Assembly: GCA_963785725.1 (NCBI GenBank)
Contig: CAWAWS010000039.1
Coordinates: 512,001-576,000 of the forward strand
DNA: 64,000 nt
Reading direction: 5' to 3'
Source of the DNA: an uncultured delta proteobacterium
GTDB taxonomy: Bacteria > Myxococcota_A > Polyangia > Palsa-1104
Position numbers and translations under genes: made by a program. Below, in pieces: positions 9,588-18,637 of the stretch. The first letter of the stretch is position 1, and the number at the start of each line of letters is the position of its first letter. The notes below the pieces were generated by a model. The model did no database searches. It saw nothing but the letters and a program-made list of their open reading frames with translations, and was not told the origin of the DNA.

Positions 9588-10030
9588 GAGCGCGCCCCCA
9601 GGTTGGCGACGAACGCCGCCAGCTCGCGCAGCGCCCGCGTCGTCCGCACGAGCTCGGCCGCGCTCAACGGCAGCTGCGACGCCGCCAGCAGTCGTCGTTC
9701 GCGCGCGCGAATATCGGTCAAGAGTCGCTTGCCGAGCGGCGTCAGCGTCAACAGCGGCGAACGCAGATGGCGCGGATTGTCCGCTTCCTTCAGCCGCTCG
9801 AGCGCGATGAGCCGGTCGATCGTCCGCTGCATCGCCTGCCGCGTGATGCCGCGCGCCAACGCCAACGCCGGCACCGTCTGCGGCCCGAGCCGCTCGATCT
9901 CCTGCAGCACGCCACGCTCCGGCGCCGAGCAGTCGAGATCGGCCAAGAGCCGCTCGGACACGCCCCGCAGCGCGAAGAACGTCGTGCGCACCTCTTCCAC
10001 GAAGACGTCGAACAGCGTCGGATCGAGCAT
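9584..10030 (-). CDS. MarR family transcriptional regulator
   Basis: GPQTVPALALARGITRQAMQRTIDRL...NPRHLRSPLLTLTPLG winged HTH. Confidence 0.9.
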   Translation of the reverse strand: MLDPTLFDVFVEEVRTTFFALRGVSERLLADLDCSAPERGVLQEIERLGPQTVPALALARGITRQAMQRTIDRLIALERLKEADNPRHLRSPLLTLTPLGKRLLTDIRARERRLLAASQLPLSAAELVRTTRALRELAAFVANLGARS

Positions 10031-10076
10031 GACAATGAGATTGGCATAATGACACCAATGTTGTCAAATTTGGCTG

Positions 10077-10490
10077 ATGATGAATGGCTGCGCTATCGTG
10101 GCTGGCGTGCCACGCAATCGCCGGACGGGTGAAGACAACCGCGACATCGAGGCCGCTTACAGCGACAGCTATCGGCGCATCGTCGCCGTCATTCGGCAGA
10201 TTCCGCGCGGCAAGGTGATGACCTACGGGCAAGTGGCGGAGGACGCGAACCTCGGGCGTGCGGCGCGGCTCGTCGGCTACGCGCTGCACGCGCTGTGGCG
10301 CTCGGTGCCGTGGCAGCGCGTGCTCGGCATGCGCGGTCGCGGCATCGCCCAGGTGTCGATCAAGGATCCGATATTCGGCACCGAGCAGCGTTTGCGCCTG
10401 GAAAAAGAGGGCGTTCGCTTCAGCACATCGGGCGGCGTCGACCTGTCCGAGTTCGGGTTCCGCCTGCCGAAAAAGCGCGTAAAACGTTAG
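10077..10490 (+). CDS. Alkyltransferase-like (ATL/YbaZ-type, MGMT family) DNA-binding protein
   Basis: IPRGKVMTYGQVA, ARLVGYAL, and PWQRV with Trp in place of the catalytic Cys of PCHRV. The true start may be slightly downstream. Confidence 0.88.
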   Translation: MMNGCAIVAGVPRNRRTGEDNRDIEAAYSDSYRRIVAVIRQIPRGKVMTYGQVAEDANLGRAARLVGYALHALWRSVPWQRVLGMRGRGIAQVSIKDPIFGTEQRLRLEKEGVRFSTSGGVDLSEFGFRLPKKRVKR

Positions 10491-10912
10491 CGCGCGAGGC
10501 GTAAGAGCTTGCGCAGCGGGCTCGTCATCAGCTGCAGCGTCGCCGACGCGAGGTCGAAGTAGTCGCGCCAGAGCGTGATCTTGCCGTCGCGGACCTCGAA
10601 GGTGCCGCACACCCAGATCTCGAGGTGCGTGAGCGGGCCCGACAAGATGTCGACGCGTTCGGTGAGGACGATGCCGTCGCGCGCGGCGATGTTGCGCATG
10701 TGGACTTCGAAGCCGGTCAGAAAGCGGCCGAAGAACTGCAGCGTGCGCGCGACGGCCGGCTTGCCGCGATCGGCGGGGAAGGGCACGTTCTGGTAGACGA
10801 CGTCGTCGGCCATGAGGTCGAGCGCGCGGTCGAGCTCGTTGGCGGCGAATGCGGCGAAGAAGGCTTCGACGGTCGCCAGATCGGCGGCGTCGCGGTCGGC
10901 GCGGTTCGGCAT
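10487..10912 (-). CDS. Limonene-1,2-epoxide hydrolase / SnoaL-like (NTF2 fold) protein
   Basis: VYQNVP, VLTERVD, VCGTFEV and ITLWRDYFD. Confidence 0.88.
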   Translation of the reverse strand: MPNRADRDAADLATVEAFFAAFAANELDRALDLMADDVVYQNVPFPADRGKPAVARTLQFFGRFLTGFEVHMRNIAARDGIVLTERVDILSGPLTHLEIWVCGTFEVRDGKITLWRDYFDLASATLQLMTSPLRKLLRLAR

Positions 10913-11044
10913 GGCGGCAGCGTAGCCCGGCGGCGGCGGGCGCGAAAGCCTACGGCAACACGCGATTGCGCCGCCGCCGGCGGCGACGGGCGCTGCGCGG
11001 CGCCAGCGCAACGCGGCCGTCACAAAGGCGCGGCGCGCGGCGAA

Positions 11045-11887
11045 TCAGGCGTGGCGCGTGATGCGCAGATCGGCGCGGCCCATGAAGAGCGGCGTGTCGA
11101 TGGCCGGCGCCAGCCACTCGTGCGTCACGCGATAGGGCAGCGTCTGCAGCCAGTCTTCGATGAGCTGCATCGACAGCGGCAGGCAATAACCGGCGGGCAA
11201 GCCCGGCATCGCGAACTCGGGGCCGCGCCGCTCGCCGCCGGGCAGGCGCTGCTGACGAAAGACGGCGAGCTGCACGCGCAGTCGCCAGCCGACCGAGCGC
11301 CACGAGCGCCAGCCGGCGGCGGCCCAGCCGAGCTGACCCAAGATCTGCGTGACGCGCGTCGTGCCCGAGAGCCAGCGGCGATTTTCGGCGACCGCTTCGG
11401 CGACGGGCAAGTTGCCGACGAGCGCGACGCCGCCGACGGCGAGGTGCTTGACGATCTGCGCCAGCACGGCGCGCCCTTCGCCGGCGCTGCGCACGTAGTG
11501 AAACGCCGCGTACATGAGCGCGCGATCGAAGCGCGTGTCGGCGCCGAGGAGCGCGTCGGCGTCGGCGACGTCACCGACGAGCGCCTCGGCGTGCGCGATC
11601 GCGTCGGCGGCGAGGCGGCGGCGCAAGACGTCGATCGGCTTGGCGGCGATGTCGACGCCGACGAAGCGCCGCACGCGCCGCGCGATCGGCAGCGCCAAGA
11701 CGCCGACGCCGCAGCCGTATTCGATGACGCTCAGCGCCGGCGCCAGCTGCAGCTTGGAGACGACGTCGTCGACCATGCGCGCGAGCTGCCGCGCCGTCGT
11801 GCCCGTCGGCCGCGTCGAGGCTTCGGCGTCGCTGATCGACTCCGCGACATCGTCGTGAATTCTGCGCACGAGCTCGTGGTCGGCCAT
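11045..11887 (-). CDS. Class I SAM-dependent methyltransferase
   Basis: IEYGCGVG motif I, FVGVDI and FDRALMYAAFHY. Confidence 0.85.
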   Translation of the reverse strand: MADHELVRRIHDDVAESISDAEASTRPTGTTARQLARMVDDVVSKLQLAPALSVIEYGCGVGVLALPIARRVRRFVGVDIAAKPIDVLRRRLAADAIAHAEALVGDVADADALLGADTRFDRALMYAAFHYVRSAGEGRAVLAQIVKHLAVGGVALVGNLPVAEAVAENRRWLSGTTRVTQILGQLGWAAAGWRSWRSVGWRLRVQLAVFRQQRLPGGERRGPEFAMPGLPAGYCLPLSMQLIEDWLQTLPYRVTHEWLAPAIDTPLFMGRADLRITRHA

Positions 11888-11983
11888 CGTCTCGGTCTCG
11901 ATCTACGGCGAACGTATCAGGCCCGCCGACGAGCGCAAGCGCCGGGTTGGGAGTAAGCTCATCGTCCCTTGCAGGAGGCTCCC

Positions 11984-12490
11984 ATGACCTTGTACGACTT
12001 CGTTCCGCAGTACTCCAAGATGCTCAAGAACATCGATCGCTGGCTGGACAAGGCGACCGAGCACGCGGCGGCCAAGAAGTTCGACGTCGAGACGCTCGTG
12101 CACGCGCGACTGGCACCGGATCAGTATTCGCTCGACAAGCAGATCCAGTCGGCCTGTGACTCGGCCAAGTTTTCGGTGGCCTATTTGACGGGCAAAGATG
12201 CGCCGGTACATCCCGACACCGAGAAGACGATCGCCGAGCTGCGCGCGCGCATCCAGTCCTGTCGCGCCTTCTTGGAGACGGTCAAGCCGGCCGACTTCGT
12301 CGGCGCCGAGACGCGCAAGGTGTCGCCGAAGTGGATGCAGGGCAAGTGGGTCACCGGCGAGCATCACCTCTTGCAGATGGCGCTGCCGAACTTCTACTTT
12401 CACGTGACGACCGCTTACGCCATCTTGCGCCACAACGGCGTCGACGTCGGCAAGCAAGACTTCATCGGCGGCCTGCCGCTCGAAGGCTGA
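11984..12490 (+). CDS. DUF1993 family (DinB-like) protein
   Basis: ARLAPDQY, QIQSACDSAK and LPNFYFHVTTAYAILRHNGVDVGKQDF; AGGAGG RBS. Confidence 0.9.
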   Translation: MTLYDFVPQYSKMLKNIDRWLDKATEHAAAKKFDVETLVHARLAPDQYSLDKQIQSACDSAKFSVAYLTGKDAPVHPDTEKTIAELRARIQSCRAFLETVKPADFVGAETRKVSPKWMQGKWVTGEHHLLQMALPNFYFHVTTAYAILRHNGVDVGKQDFIGGLPLEG

Positions 12491-12498
12491 TTCGCGCG

Positions 12499-12813
12499 CT
12501 ACTTACGCCCGAGGCGTTTGAAGACGTCCTCGGGCGCCGGGTGCAACAGGCCCGCGCCCGCCTCCACGTCCATCGGAATTCGTTGCAGCTCGTCGCAGAT
12601 GAAGTCGGCGTCGGCGATGGCGCGCGCGCGCAGCTCCTTGGCCAGCAGCTTCGCCGCGACGACGCGAAACTGCCGTCCCGTCAGCGTCTCGAGGTCGAGG
12701 CCGGCGTTGCCGAGCACGAGCCGGAGCGTGCCGCGCGCTTGCAAGCGGCTCATCGTCGTCGACTTCTCCAGCTCCGCGCACGCCCATTCGAACACCGTCG
12801 AGCCGCCGGCCAT
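12499..12813 (-). CDS. Small helical protein downstream of the 7TM protein
   Basis: 104 aa (MAGGSTVFEWACAELEK...PEDVFKRLGRK) starting 2 nt after the 7TM gene stop. Confidence 0.7.
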   Translation of the reverse strand: MAGGSTVFEWACAELEKSTTMSRLQARGTLRLVLGNAGLDLETLTGRQFRVVAAKLLAKELRARAIADADFICDELQRIPMDVEAGAGLLHPAPEDVFKRLGRK

Positions 12814-12815
12814 GG

Positions 12816-13577
12816 CTACTCCGCCACCTGCGGCGCGCGCCGCGCGATCCAGTCGGTGTAGGCGCGCGGCGGCACGAACGCCAATAAGCTGCAGATCGCC
12901 GAGGGCACCGCCAAGAGCTCGCTCACCGTCGCCATCGTCAGCGGATGCGTCGCCCAAGTGCCGAGCAAGCTGGCGGTGTTCACGACGAAGCACAAGAGCA
13001 CGATGAACGCGCTCGCCGAGAACATGAGGAACATGCGATTGGCCGTCTGCGCGTCGACGAGACCGAGCGGCAGCTGGCGCGCAAGCTTGCGCGACGACTC
13101 GAGGCTCACCGCCATCAGCCACGTCCAGGCGAAGCTGCGACTGACGGCGCCCGGCCAAAACCAGAACGTGTCGGGCGGCGGCGCGAACAGCCGCGTCATG
13201 AGCCCGTTGTGCACGAAGTCCGCCAGCAGCGTCACCAGCAGCAGCGTAAACGGCGCGACGAGCCAGCGCGTGCGCGGCGAGAAGACGCGCCAGGCGAAGA
13301 GCGCGACGGCGGCGTGACCGACGTTGAGACAGCCGATGCCGCAGACCATGAGCACGGAAGCGAGGGCGTGAGAGCTGTAACGATCGACGAGCGACGCGAA
13401 GATCAGCATCGCCCAGCCGAGCGCGCCGGCGAGCAAGTGCGCGAGGCCGAGGCAGAGCTCGGGCAGCTCGTGCGTGCGCCGCGCGAGCAAGAGCAGGCGA
13501 ACGCCGGTGATGCTGTTGAGCGCCATGAACAGCAGCACCGCCACCGCCGCCGCCGCCATCGCTACACCGCCGCTCAC
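12816..13577 (-). CDS. Seven-transmembrane protein with no soluble output domain
   Basis: Seven hydrophobic segments, a basic loop between TM5 and TM6, and a C-terminal AFVPPRAY motif. Confidence 0.75.
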   Translation of the reverse strand: MSGGVAMAAAAVAVLLFMALNSITGVRLLLLARRTHELPELCLGLAHLLAGALGWAMLIFASLVDRYSSHALASVLMVCGIGCLNVGHAAVALFAWRVFSPRTRWLVAPFTLLLVTLLADFVHNGLMTRLFAPPPDTFWFWPGAVSRSFAWTWLMAVSLESSRKLARQLPLGLVDAQTANRMFLMFSASAFIVLLCFVVNTASLLGTWATHPLTMATVSELLAVPSAICSLLAFVPPRAYTDWIARRAPQVAE

Positions 13578-13670
13578 GAGATCAGCGTATCACAGCGCGG
13601 GTCGTCTACCGGCGTTTCCCATTGCGGTCAATCGTCATCAAAAGCTGTAACGAGTTTGCAACGCGGCGCG

Positions 13671-14177
13671 CTATTGGAACGTCCAGCGGAAGTCGAGCGC
13701 CGGGCACGGATGGCCCGACTGCGGCCGCTGCTCGACGGTGACGGCGTGCGTGCCGGCGCCGACGGCGACGTCGAAGCGGCCGCTGAACGTCGACACCGTC
13801 AAGGTCACGTTGCCGCGCCCGACCTCGGTCGTCACCTGCGGCGCGTCGACCGTTTGCATGGCGTGACGCGCGCCGCCGTCGTCGACGAGCGTGTACGCGT
13901 AGCTGCCGGCTTGGCCGCACTCGCCGACGTCGGCCAGCTTGATGCGCACGCCGAGCGACGTCGCCGTCCAGCCTTGCAGCGTCATTTGGAAGCGATGATC
14001 CTCTTTGTACGGCCCGATGTCGTACTCCTGCGTCGACTCGAGCTTGTCGGCGCTCTTGGCCGGATTGGGCATCGTGCCGGCGACGAGCGTCGGCGCGCAG
14101 CCGCCGGCCACACCAAGCGTTGCGAGGGCGCAGCCAAAGACGAAGCCAGAGACTAGGCGAGGAGGGAGCGTCAGCAT
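13671..14177 (-). CDS. Putative lipoprotein
   Basis: Hydrophobic signal ending LGVAGG-C; beta-rich body. Confidence 0.6.
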   Translation of the reverse strand: MLTLPPRLVSGFVFGCALATLGVAGGCAPTLVAGTMPNPAKSADKLESTQEYDIGPYKEDHRFQMTLQGWTATSLGVRIKLADVGECGQAGSYAYTLVDDGGARHAMQTVDAPQVTTEVGRGNVTLTVSTFSGRFDVAVGAGTHAVTVEQRPQSGHPCPALDFRWTFQ

Positions 14178-14284
14178 GGGCGCAGCATAAACGCGACCGC
14201 CGGCCCAGCGCTACTGCCGACGGCCACCGTCGCGGCGCGTTCGCCGCTGGACAGCGCCGCGGCTTCACGCGAAGGTGGAGCCAG

Positions 14285-14635
14285 ATGCGCTTCGCCGTCG
14301 TTCTCGTGCTCGCCTCCGGCTGCTCGTTTTTCGGCGGCGGCATGAATGGTCCCACCACGCAGAACGCATCGATGGAGAAGGAGCAGCTCGAGCACCTCGA
14401 CGTCACGCTCGTGAGCCGCTGCGAAAAGCCGACGCGCGTCTGCTACAGCGGCGACAAGTGCCTCACGCTCCAGCGCGGCAAGCCGAAGCACGTGCACGCG
14501 TCGACGGGCGGCACCGGCGAGGTCTACGTCAACTTGGAGGGCTCGAGCACCAACGTCTCCGCCGACGTGACCTTCAACATCGTCGAGGTCGACGAGAGCT
14601 GCAGCAAGCTCGGCCGCAAAATCGCTCGAAATTGA
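14285..14635 (+). CDS. Putative lipoprotein
   Basis: MRFAVVLVLASG-C lipobox; GGAG RBS. Confidence 0.7.
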   Translation: MRFAVVLVLASGCSFFGGGMNGPTTQNASMEKEQLEHLDVTLVSRCEKPTRVCYSGDKCLTLQRGKPKHVHASTGGTGEVYVNLEGSSTNVSADVTFNIVEVDESCSKLGRKIARN

Positions 14636-14682
14636 CGTACCAAATCAGGCATGATGCCGCCAACCTCGGAGGCTCACGTCGC

Positions 14683-15219
14683 ATGACGATCAAGTATGGG
14701 CTGGCGCTCGTTGGAATGGGTCTCGTAGGCATCGTGGCCGGTCGCGCGGCGCGCGCGCAGCAGCCGAAGCCGGCGGCGGCAGCGCCGGCCGCGGCGAGCT
14801 GCAAAGTGTTCGGCGCCGGCAGCTGCTGTGATCCGGCGGTCGCGGCGCACCTGTCGAAGCAGTCGATCTTCTCGTCTTGCGGCGAGTCGGAGGCGACGTT
14901 CCTCGGCGAGCAGGGCAAGAAGGACACCTGCAAATACTTCTTCAAGGTCGAAGGGCAAAAAGACGCCGAGATGTTCGTCGAGGTCTACGCGCCCGCGGCC
15001 AAGGAAGTGCCCGAGTCGCCGACCGATCCGTTCTTCAAGTGGGGCCAAGTCGGCAAGGTCTTCTACACCGACAAGGCGCTGTCGCCGAAGTCGGCGCCGA
15101 TGATCGCGAACTCGACCGGCTTGTGGCTGCCGGGCAAGGGCTACTTCGTGGCCGTCAACGCGTCGACGAAGGTGTGCACCAAGCCGCAAGCGAAGCGCCT
15201 CGCGACGTACATGAAGTAG
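14683..15219 (+). CDS. Secreted Cys-containing protein of unknown function
   Basis: Signal peptide ending ARA-Q, six Cys, GGAGG RBS. Confidence 0.7.
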   Translation: MTIKYGLALVGMGLVGIVAGRAARAQQPKPAAAAPAAASCKVFGAGSCCDPAVAAHLSKQSIFSSCGESEATFLGEQGKKDTCKYFFKVEGQKDAEMFVEVYAPAAKEVPESPTDPFFKWGQVGKVFYTDKALSPKSAPMIANSTGLWLPGKGYFVAVNASTKVCTKPQAKRLATYMK

Positions 15220-15261
15220 CTGCGTCCGCAGCTCCGCCTTTTCCTCTCGATCTAGGTGAAG

Positions 15262-16539
15262 CTAAGTGGTTTGCGGTTGCGCCAGCGGACGCGCGATCGC
15301 CAGCCCGACGTCACGTAGCGCGCGCGGCGCGCGGACGAGGCCGACCGACAGGAGCGGCAGGAAAATCAGGCCCCAGTAAGCGTTGAACGACTGGCCGACG
15401 ACGCCGAAGACGCACAAGAAGCCGAGCAGCGTCAGCCCCATGCGCGCCGCGCCCGGCTCGCGCCAGTCGCCGTAGCCGAAGACGGCCAGCGGCAGCGCCA
15501 GCGCCGTCACCAGCGGCGGCACGAAGAAGAAGGCGAAGCTGAAGCGGCTGATCTGCGTCAGAAAGCGCGGGCCGCCGAAGCCGATCCAGGTGCGCGGCGT
15601 GCCCAAGAAGTCGGCCGGGATGAGGTGGTGCGCGATGGTGAGCGCGTGCAGCGACATGAGCGCGGCGTAGATCGTGAGCGCGACCGTCCACAGCTTGACC
15701 TCGCGCCAGCGCCGCTCGCGCACGGCGAAGAGCAGCGCCACCGCGCACGGCAGGAGCGCGAACTCGCGGAACGCCAGCGCCGCCAGCAGCGCCGCGGCGC
15801 CGAGCTGCCAACGTCCGAGCGCGTACAGCGAGAGCGCGAGCACGATGAGGCTGCCCGCCCACGCCTCCTGAAAGTAGAAACAGCTGCAGGCGAACGCCAA
15901 CGCGCCCGCGTGCAAGACCACGACGGCCAGTGCCGGCCAAAGGCCCCACGCCGCGCTCAGCCAGCGCACGGTCAGCGCCAGCGTCGCCAGCATCAAGAGC
16001 GCGAGCAGCGGCGTCGGCCAGCTGCGCGGCAGCTGCGCGAGCACGAAGGCGTAGGTCGGCTGGCGCCAGTTGAACATCGGACGCGTCGGATATTTGCGCG
16101 CGCGCAGCTCGGTGCCGACGGCGTCGTAATAGTGCTCGCCGGCGCGCACGCGCTCGACGATCGCCTTGTACAGCTCGGAGTCGCGCTGCTCTTTCGGCGC
16201 CGCCTTCAACGTCGCCGGGCCGTGCAAGCTGCTCAGCCAGCCGAAGCAGGCCATCAGCGCCACGAGCGTCGCCAACAACAGCGCCGCCGCGCGCCGCGAC
16301 AGGCCGCGATAGCGCGAGCTCGGCAGCGTCGGCGGCGCGCGCTCGATGAGGGTGTAATTCACGGCCTCGGCATCGTCGTCGGCTGGGCTCGGTCCATCGT
16401 CGCTGTCGGACTGCTCGTCGGCGAGATCGACCATCAGCGGCGTATCGTCGGGACGCGGCGCGCGCGTGCTGCGCACCTGAAACGCGTAGGTGGCCGAGTG
16501 CAACCCGATCGGCTGACGATGTTCGGAGGGTCGTGACAC
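15262..16539 (-). CDS. Polytopic membrane protein, possibly GT-C glycosyltransferase-like
   Basis: About 10 TM segments, an extracytoplasmic loop with RDSELY...YYD...FNWRQPT, and QEAWAG and FREFA motifs. Start uncertain (GTG 16539 or ATG 16434). Confidence 0.5.
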   Translation of the reverse strand: MSRPSEHRQPIGLHSATYAFQVRSTRAPRPDDTPLMVDLADEQSDSDDGPSPADDDAEAVNYTLIERAPPTLPSSRYRGLSRRAAALLLATLVALMACFGWLSSLHGPATLKAAPKEQRDSELYKAIVERVRAGEHYYDAVGTELRARKYPTRPMFNWRQPTYAFVLAQLPRSWPTPLLALLMLATLALTVRWLSAAWGLWPALAVVVLHAGALAFACSCFYFQEAWAGSLIVLALSLYALGRWQLGAAALLAALAFREFALLPCAVALLFAVRERRWREVKLWTVALTIYAALMSLHALTIAHHLIPADFLGTPRTWIGFGGPRFLTQISRFSFAFFFVPPLVTALALPLAVFGYGDWREPGAARMGLTLLGFLCVFGVVGQSFNAYWGLIFLPLLSVGLVRAPRALRDVGLAIARPLAQPQTT

Positions 16540-16552
16540 GCGCCTCGGTTGA

Positions 16553-16567
16553 GCAAGCGATATGCCG
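16553..16567 (-). promoter_or_regulatory. Putative sigma-54 promoter
   Basis: Minus strand CGGCATATCGCTTGC fits GG-N10-GC. Confidence 0.5.
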
Positions 16568-17030
16568 CCAATAACGCCTAGTGTGCCAATGGTTTACGAC
16601 GAATGGGGAGGCTGTCAGCCCCAGGCCTAGTGGGAGTCGAGCGACCGCGGGAAAGGGACGATAAGTGGGCACCTGTGGGCGCGCCGAAGTGGTGCCGCGC
16701 GCCCGCCGCGCGCTCACGCTGGCCAGCGCGCCGCGGTCGCACGATACGGCGTATCGCGGGCGAGACGCTGTATCGGACGGCTGCAACCCGCTTCGCGCAG
16801 GTCGCCCGCGCACTGCTCGCCCGTGATCGGCGGCGCATTTCCCGTCGCTGCGGTAGCGAGGACGCGCAATGATGATGGCCGTACGCAAAGCGGTCGACAG
16901 GCGGCGCTGGTGGCAAATTCCCCAGCGTGTCACCCGATGATTTACAGCCGCAAGCGACGGCGCCGCGAACGACGCCCGCTTTGACGCCGGTACGGTCCTT
17001 GCGATGCGCCTTCGGCCGAGGAGATCGCCG

Positions 17031-18566
17031 ATGCAAGCCGACTTACATCGCTTACTGCTTCGCCGGACGCTGTCGGGGCTCACGTTGGGCCTGTTCGTCG
17101 GCTTGGCGGCGCTCGGCTGCAGCGGCAAGGCGTCGGTCGGGCCCGAGCCGGGCAGCGCCGCGTCGACGGCGAACGCGGTCGTGCATCCGGCGACGCTGGA
17201 GACGCTCGCCGGCCTCGAGTATTTGTCGGCGGTCAACGGCGGCGGCGCGGCGCTGGCGGCGACCAGCCTCACGGCCAGCGTCAACGAGACCTTCACGCTC
17301 TACGATCTCGACGGCGGCGACTTGATGGACGGCGACTCCCTGCTCCTCGTCGCCCATGACGGCGAGTACGTGTCGGCGCCGGGCGGCGGCGGCGCGGCGG
17401 TTATGGCCGACGGCGCGCAGGCGCTCGATTGGGAGATCTTCATCATCCACAAGCTCGTCGGCAGCGGCGCCATCGGCGACGGCGACGAGGTCGCGCTGCA
17501 GACCAAGACGAAGGACCTGTACGTCTCGGCGGTCAACGGCGGCGGCGGCGCGGTCCGGGCCGATCGCTCGGTCGCCGGCAGCTGGGAAGCGTTCACGCTC
17601 GGCCTCGGCGCGGCGACGACGCCGCCCGCCGGCGGCAACGACGGCGGCACGACCGGCAATGATGACGGCGGCACCACCGACGGCGGCACCACCGGCGGCG
17701 ATGACGGCGGCACCGTGGTCAACGCGCAGAAAGTCGTCGCCTATTTGCCGACCTACAGCGGCAGCTACAGCGATTGGGCGCAGTCGATCGACTTCACGAA
17801 GATGACGCACCTCAACTTGGCCTTCGTCAGCGGCACCAGCAGCAACGACTGGAGCATGGACGACGGGCAGTCGGACGCCGCGGTCAAGGCGCTCGTCGAC
17901 GCCGCGCACGCCAAAGGCGTCAAGGTGCTGGCCTCGCTCGGCGGCGGCGGCGGCGATCAGACCGTCATCGCGCAGTACAAGAACACCGGCAACATCCCGA
18001 CGTTCGTCGCGAATCTGGATACGTTCGTGGCCGCGCACAACTTCGACGGCGTCGACATCGACATCGAGGATGGCGCCAACTTGGGCGCGAATTACTCGGC
18101 GTTCGTCGACGCGGTGGTCAAGAAGCTGCGGCCGGAGGGCAAGCTGGTAACGGCGGCGGTCGCGCAGTATCTGCAGGACAGCATGTCCGACACGACGCTG
18201 CATCAGTTCGACTTCCTCAACGTCATGATCTACTCGAATTACAACGACAGCGTCTCGGCGATGACCTACTACGCGCAGCAAAAGTCGGTGCCGGCGACGC
18301 AAGTGGTGCTCGGCGCCGGCTTCTTCGGCTCCAACGCCGACGACAGCCAGGAGTGGGATTACTCGGACATTCTCAAGGCCGACAGCAGCGCCTGGAGCAA
18401 GGATTCGACGACGATCGACGGGCAGACCGTGAATTACACCGGCATGGCGTCGATGAAGAAGCTGGCCGACTATTCCAAGGGCTACGGCGGCATCATGTTC
18501 TGGGAGCTGTCCGCCGATACGACGGATTCGCACTCGCTGTACAAGGTGATTCAGGGCGAGTTCTAG
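17031..18566 (+). CDS. GH18 chitinase-like lipoprotein with an N-terminal fascin-like beta-trefoil domain
   Basis: Lipobox LAALG-C; three YxSAxxGGG...WExF repeats; G/T/D linker; GH18 motifs ASLGGG, FDGVDIDIE and GGIMFWELS; GAGGAG RBS. Confidence 0.9.
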   Translation: MQADLHRLLLRRTLSGLTLGLFVGLAALGCSGKASVGPEPGSAASTANAVVHPATLETLAGLEYLSAVNGGGAALAATSLTASVNETFTLYDLDGGDLMDGDSLLLVAHDGEYVSAPGGGGAAVMADGAQALDWEIFIIHKLVGSGAIGDGDEVALQTKTKDLYVSAVNGGGGAVRADRSVAGSWEAFTLGLGAATTPPAGGNDGGTTGNDDGGTTDGGTTGGDDGGTVVNAQKVVAYLPTYSGSYSDWAQSIDFTKMTHLNLAFVSGTSSNDWSMDDGQSDAAVKALVDAAHAKGVKVLASLGGGGGDQTVIAQYKNTGNIPTFVANLDTFVAAHNFDGVDIDIEDGANLGANYSAFVDAVVKKLRPEGKLVTAAVAQYLQDSMSDTTLHQFDFLNVMIYSNYNDSVSAMTYYAQQKSVPATQVVLGAGFFGSNADDSQEWDYSDILKADSSAWSKDSTTIDGQTVNYTGMASMKKLADYSKGYGGIMFWELSADTTDSHSLYKVIQGEF

Positions 18567-18637
18567 CGTCAGTTGTCTTCGCTCGGGCTGCGGAGTCGGC
18601 GGTTGCGCTGGGGGGCGAGCGGCGCGACCATCGTGGG

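Noticed and set aside
12816..13577. 7TM protein as a microbial rhodopsin
   Set aside because: There is no retinal-binding Lys in TM7 and no RYxDW-type motif in TM3.
16578..17030. ORFs in the gap between the membrane protein and GH18 genes
   Set aside because: Atypical composition and no motifs; more likely a divergent promoter region.
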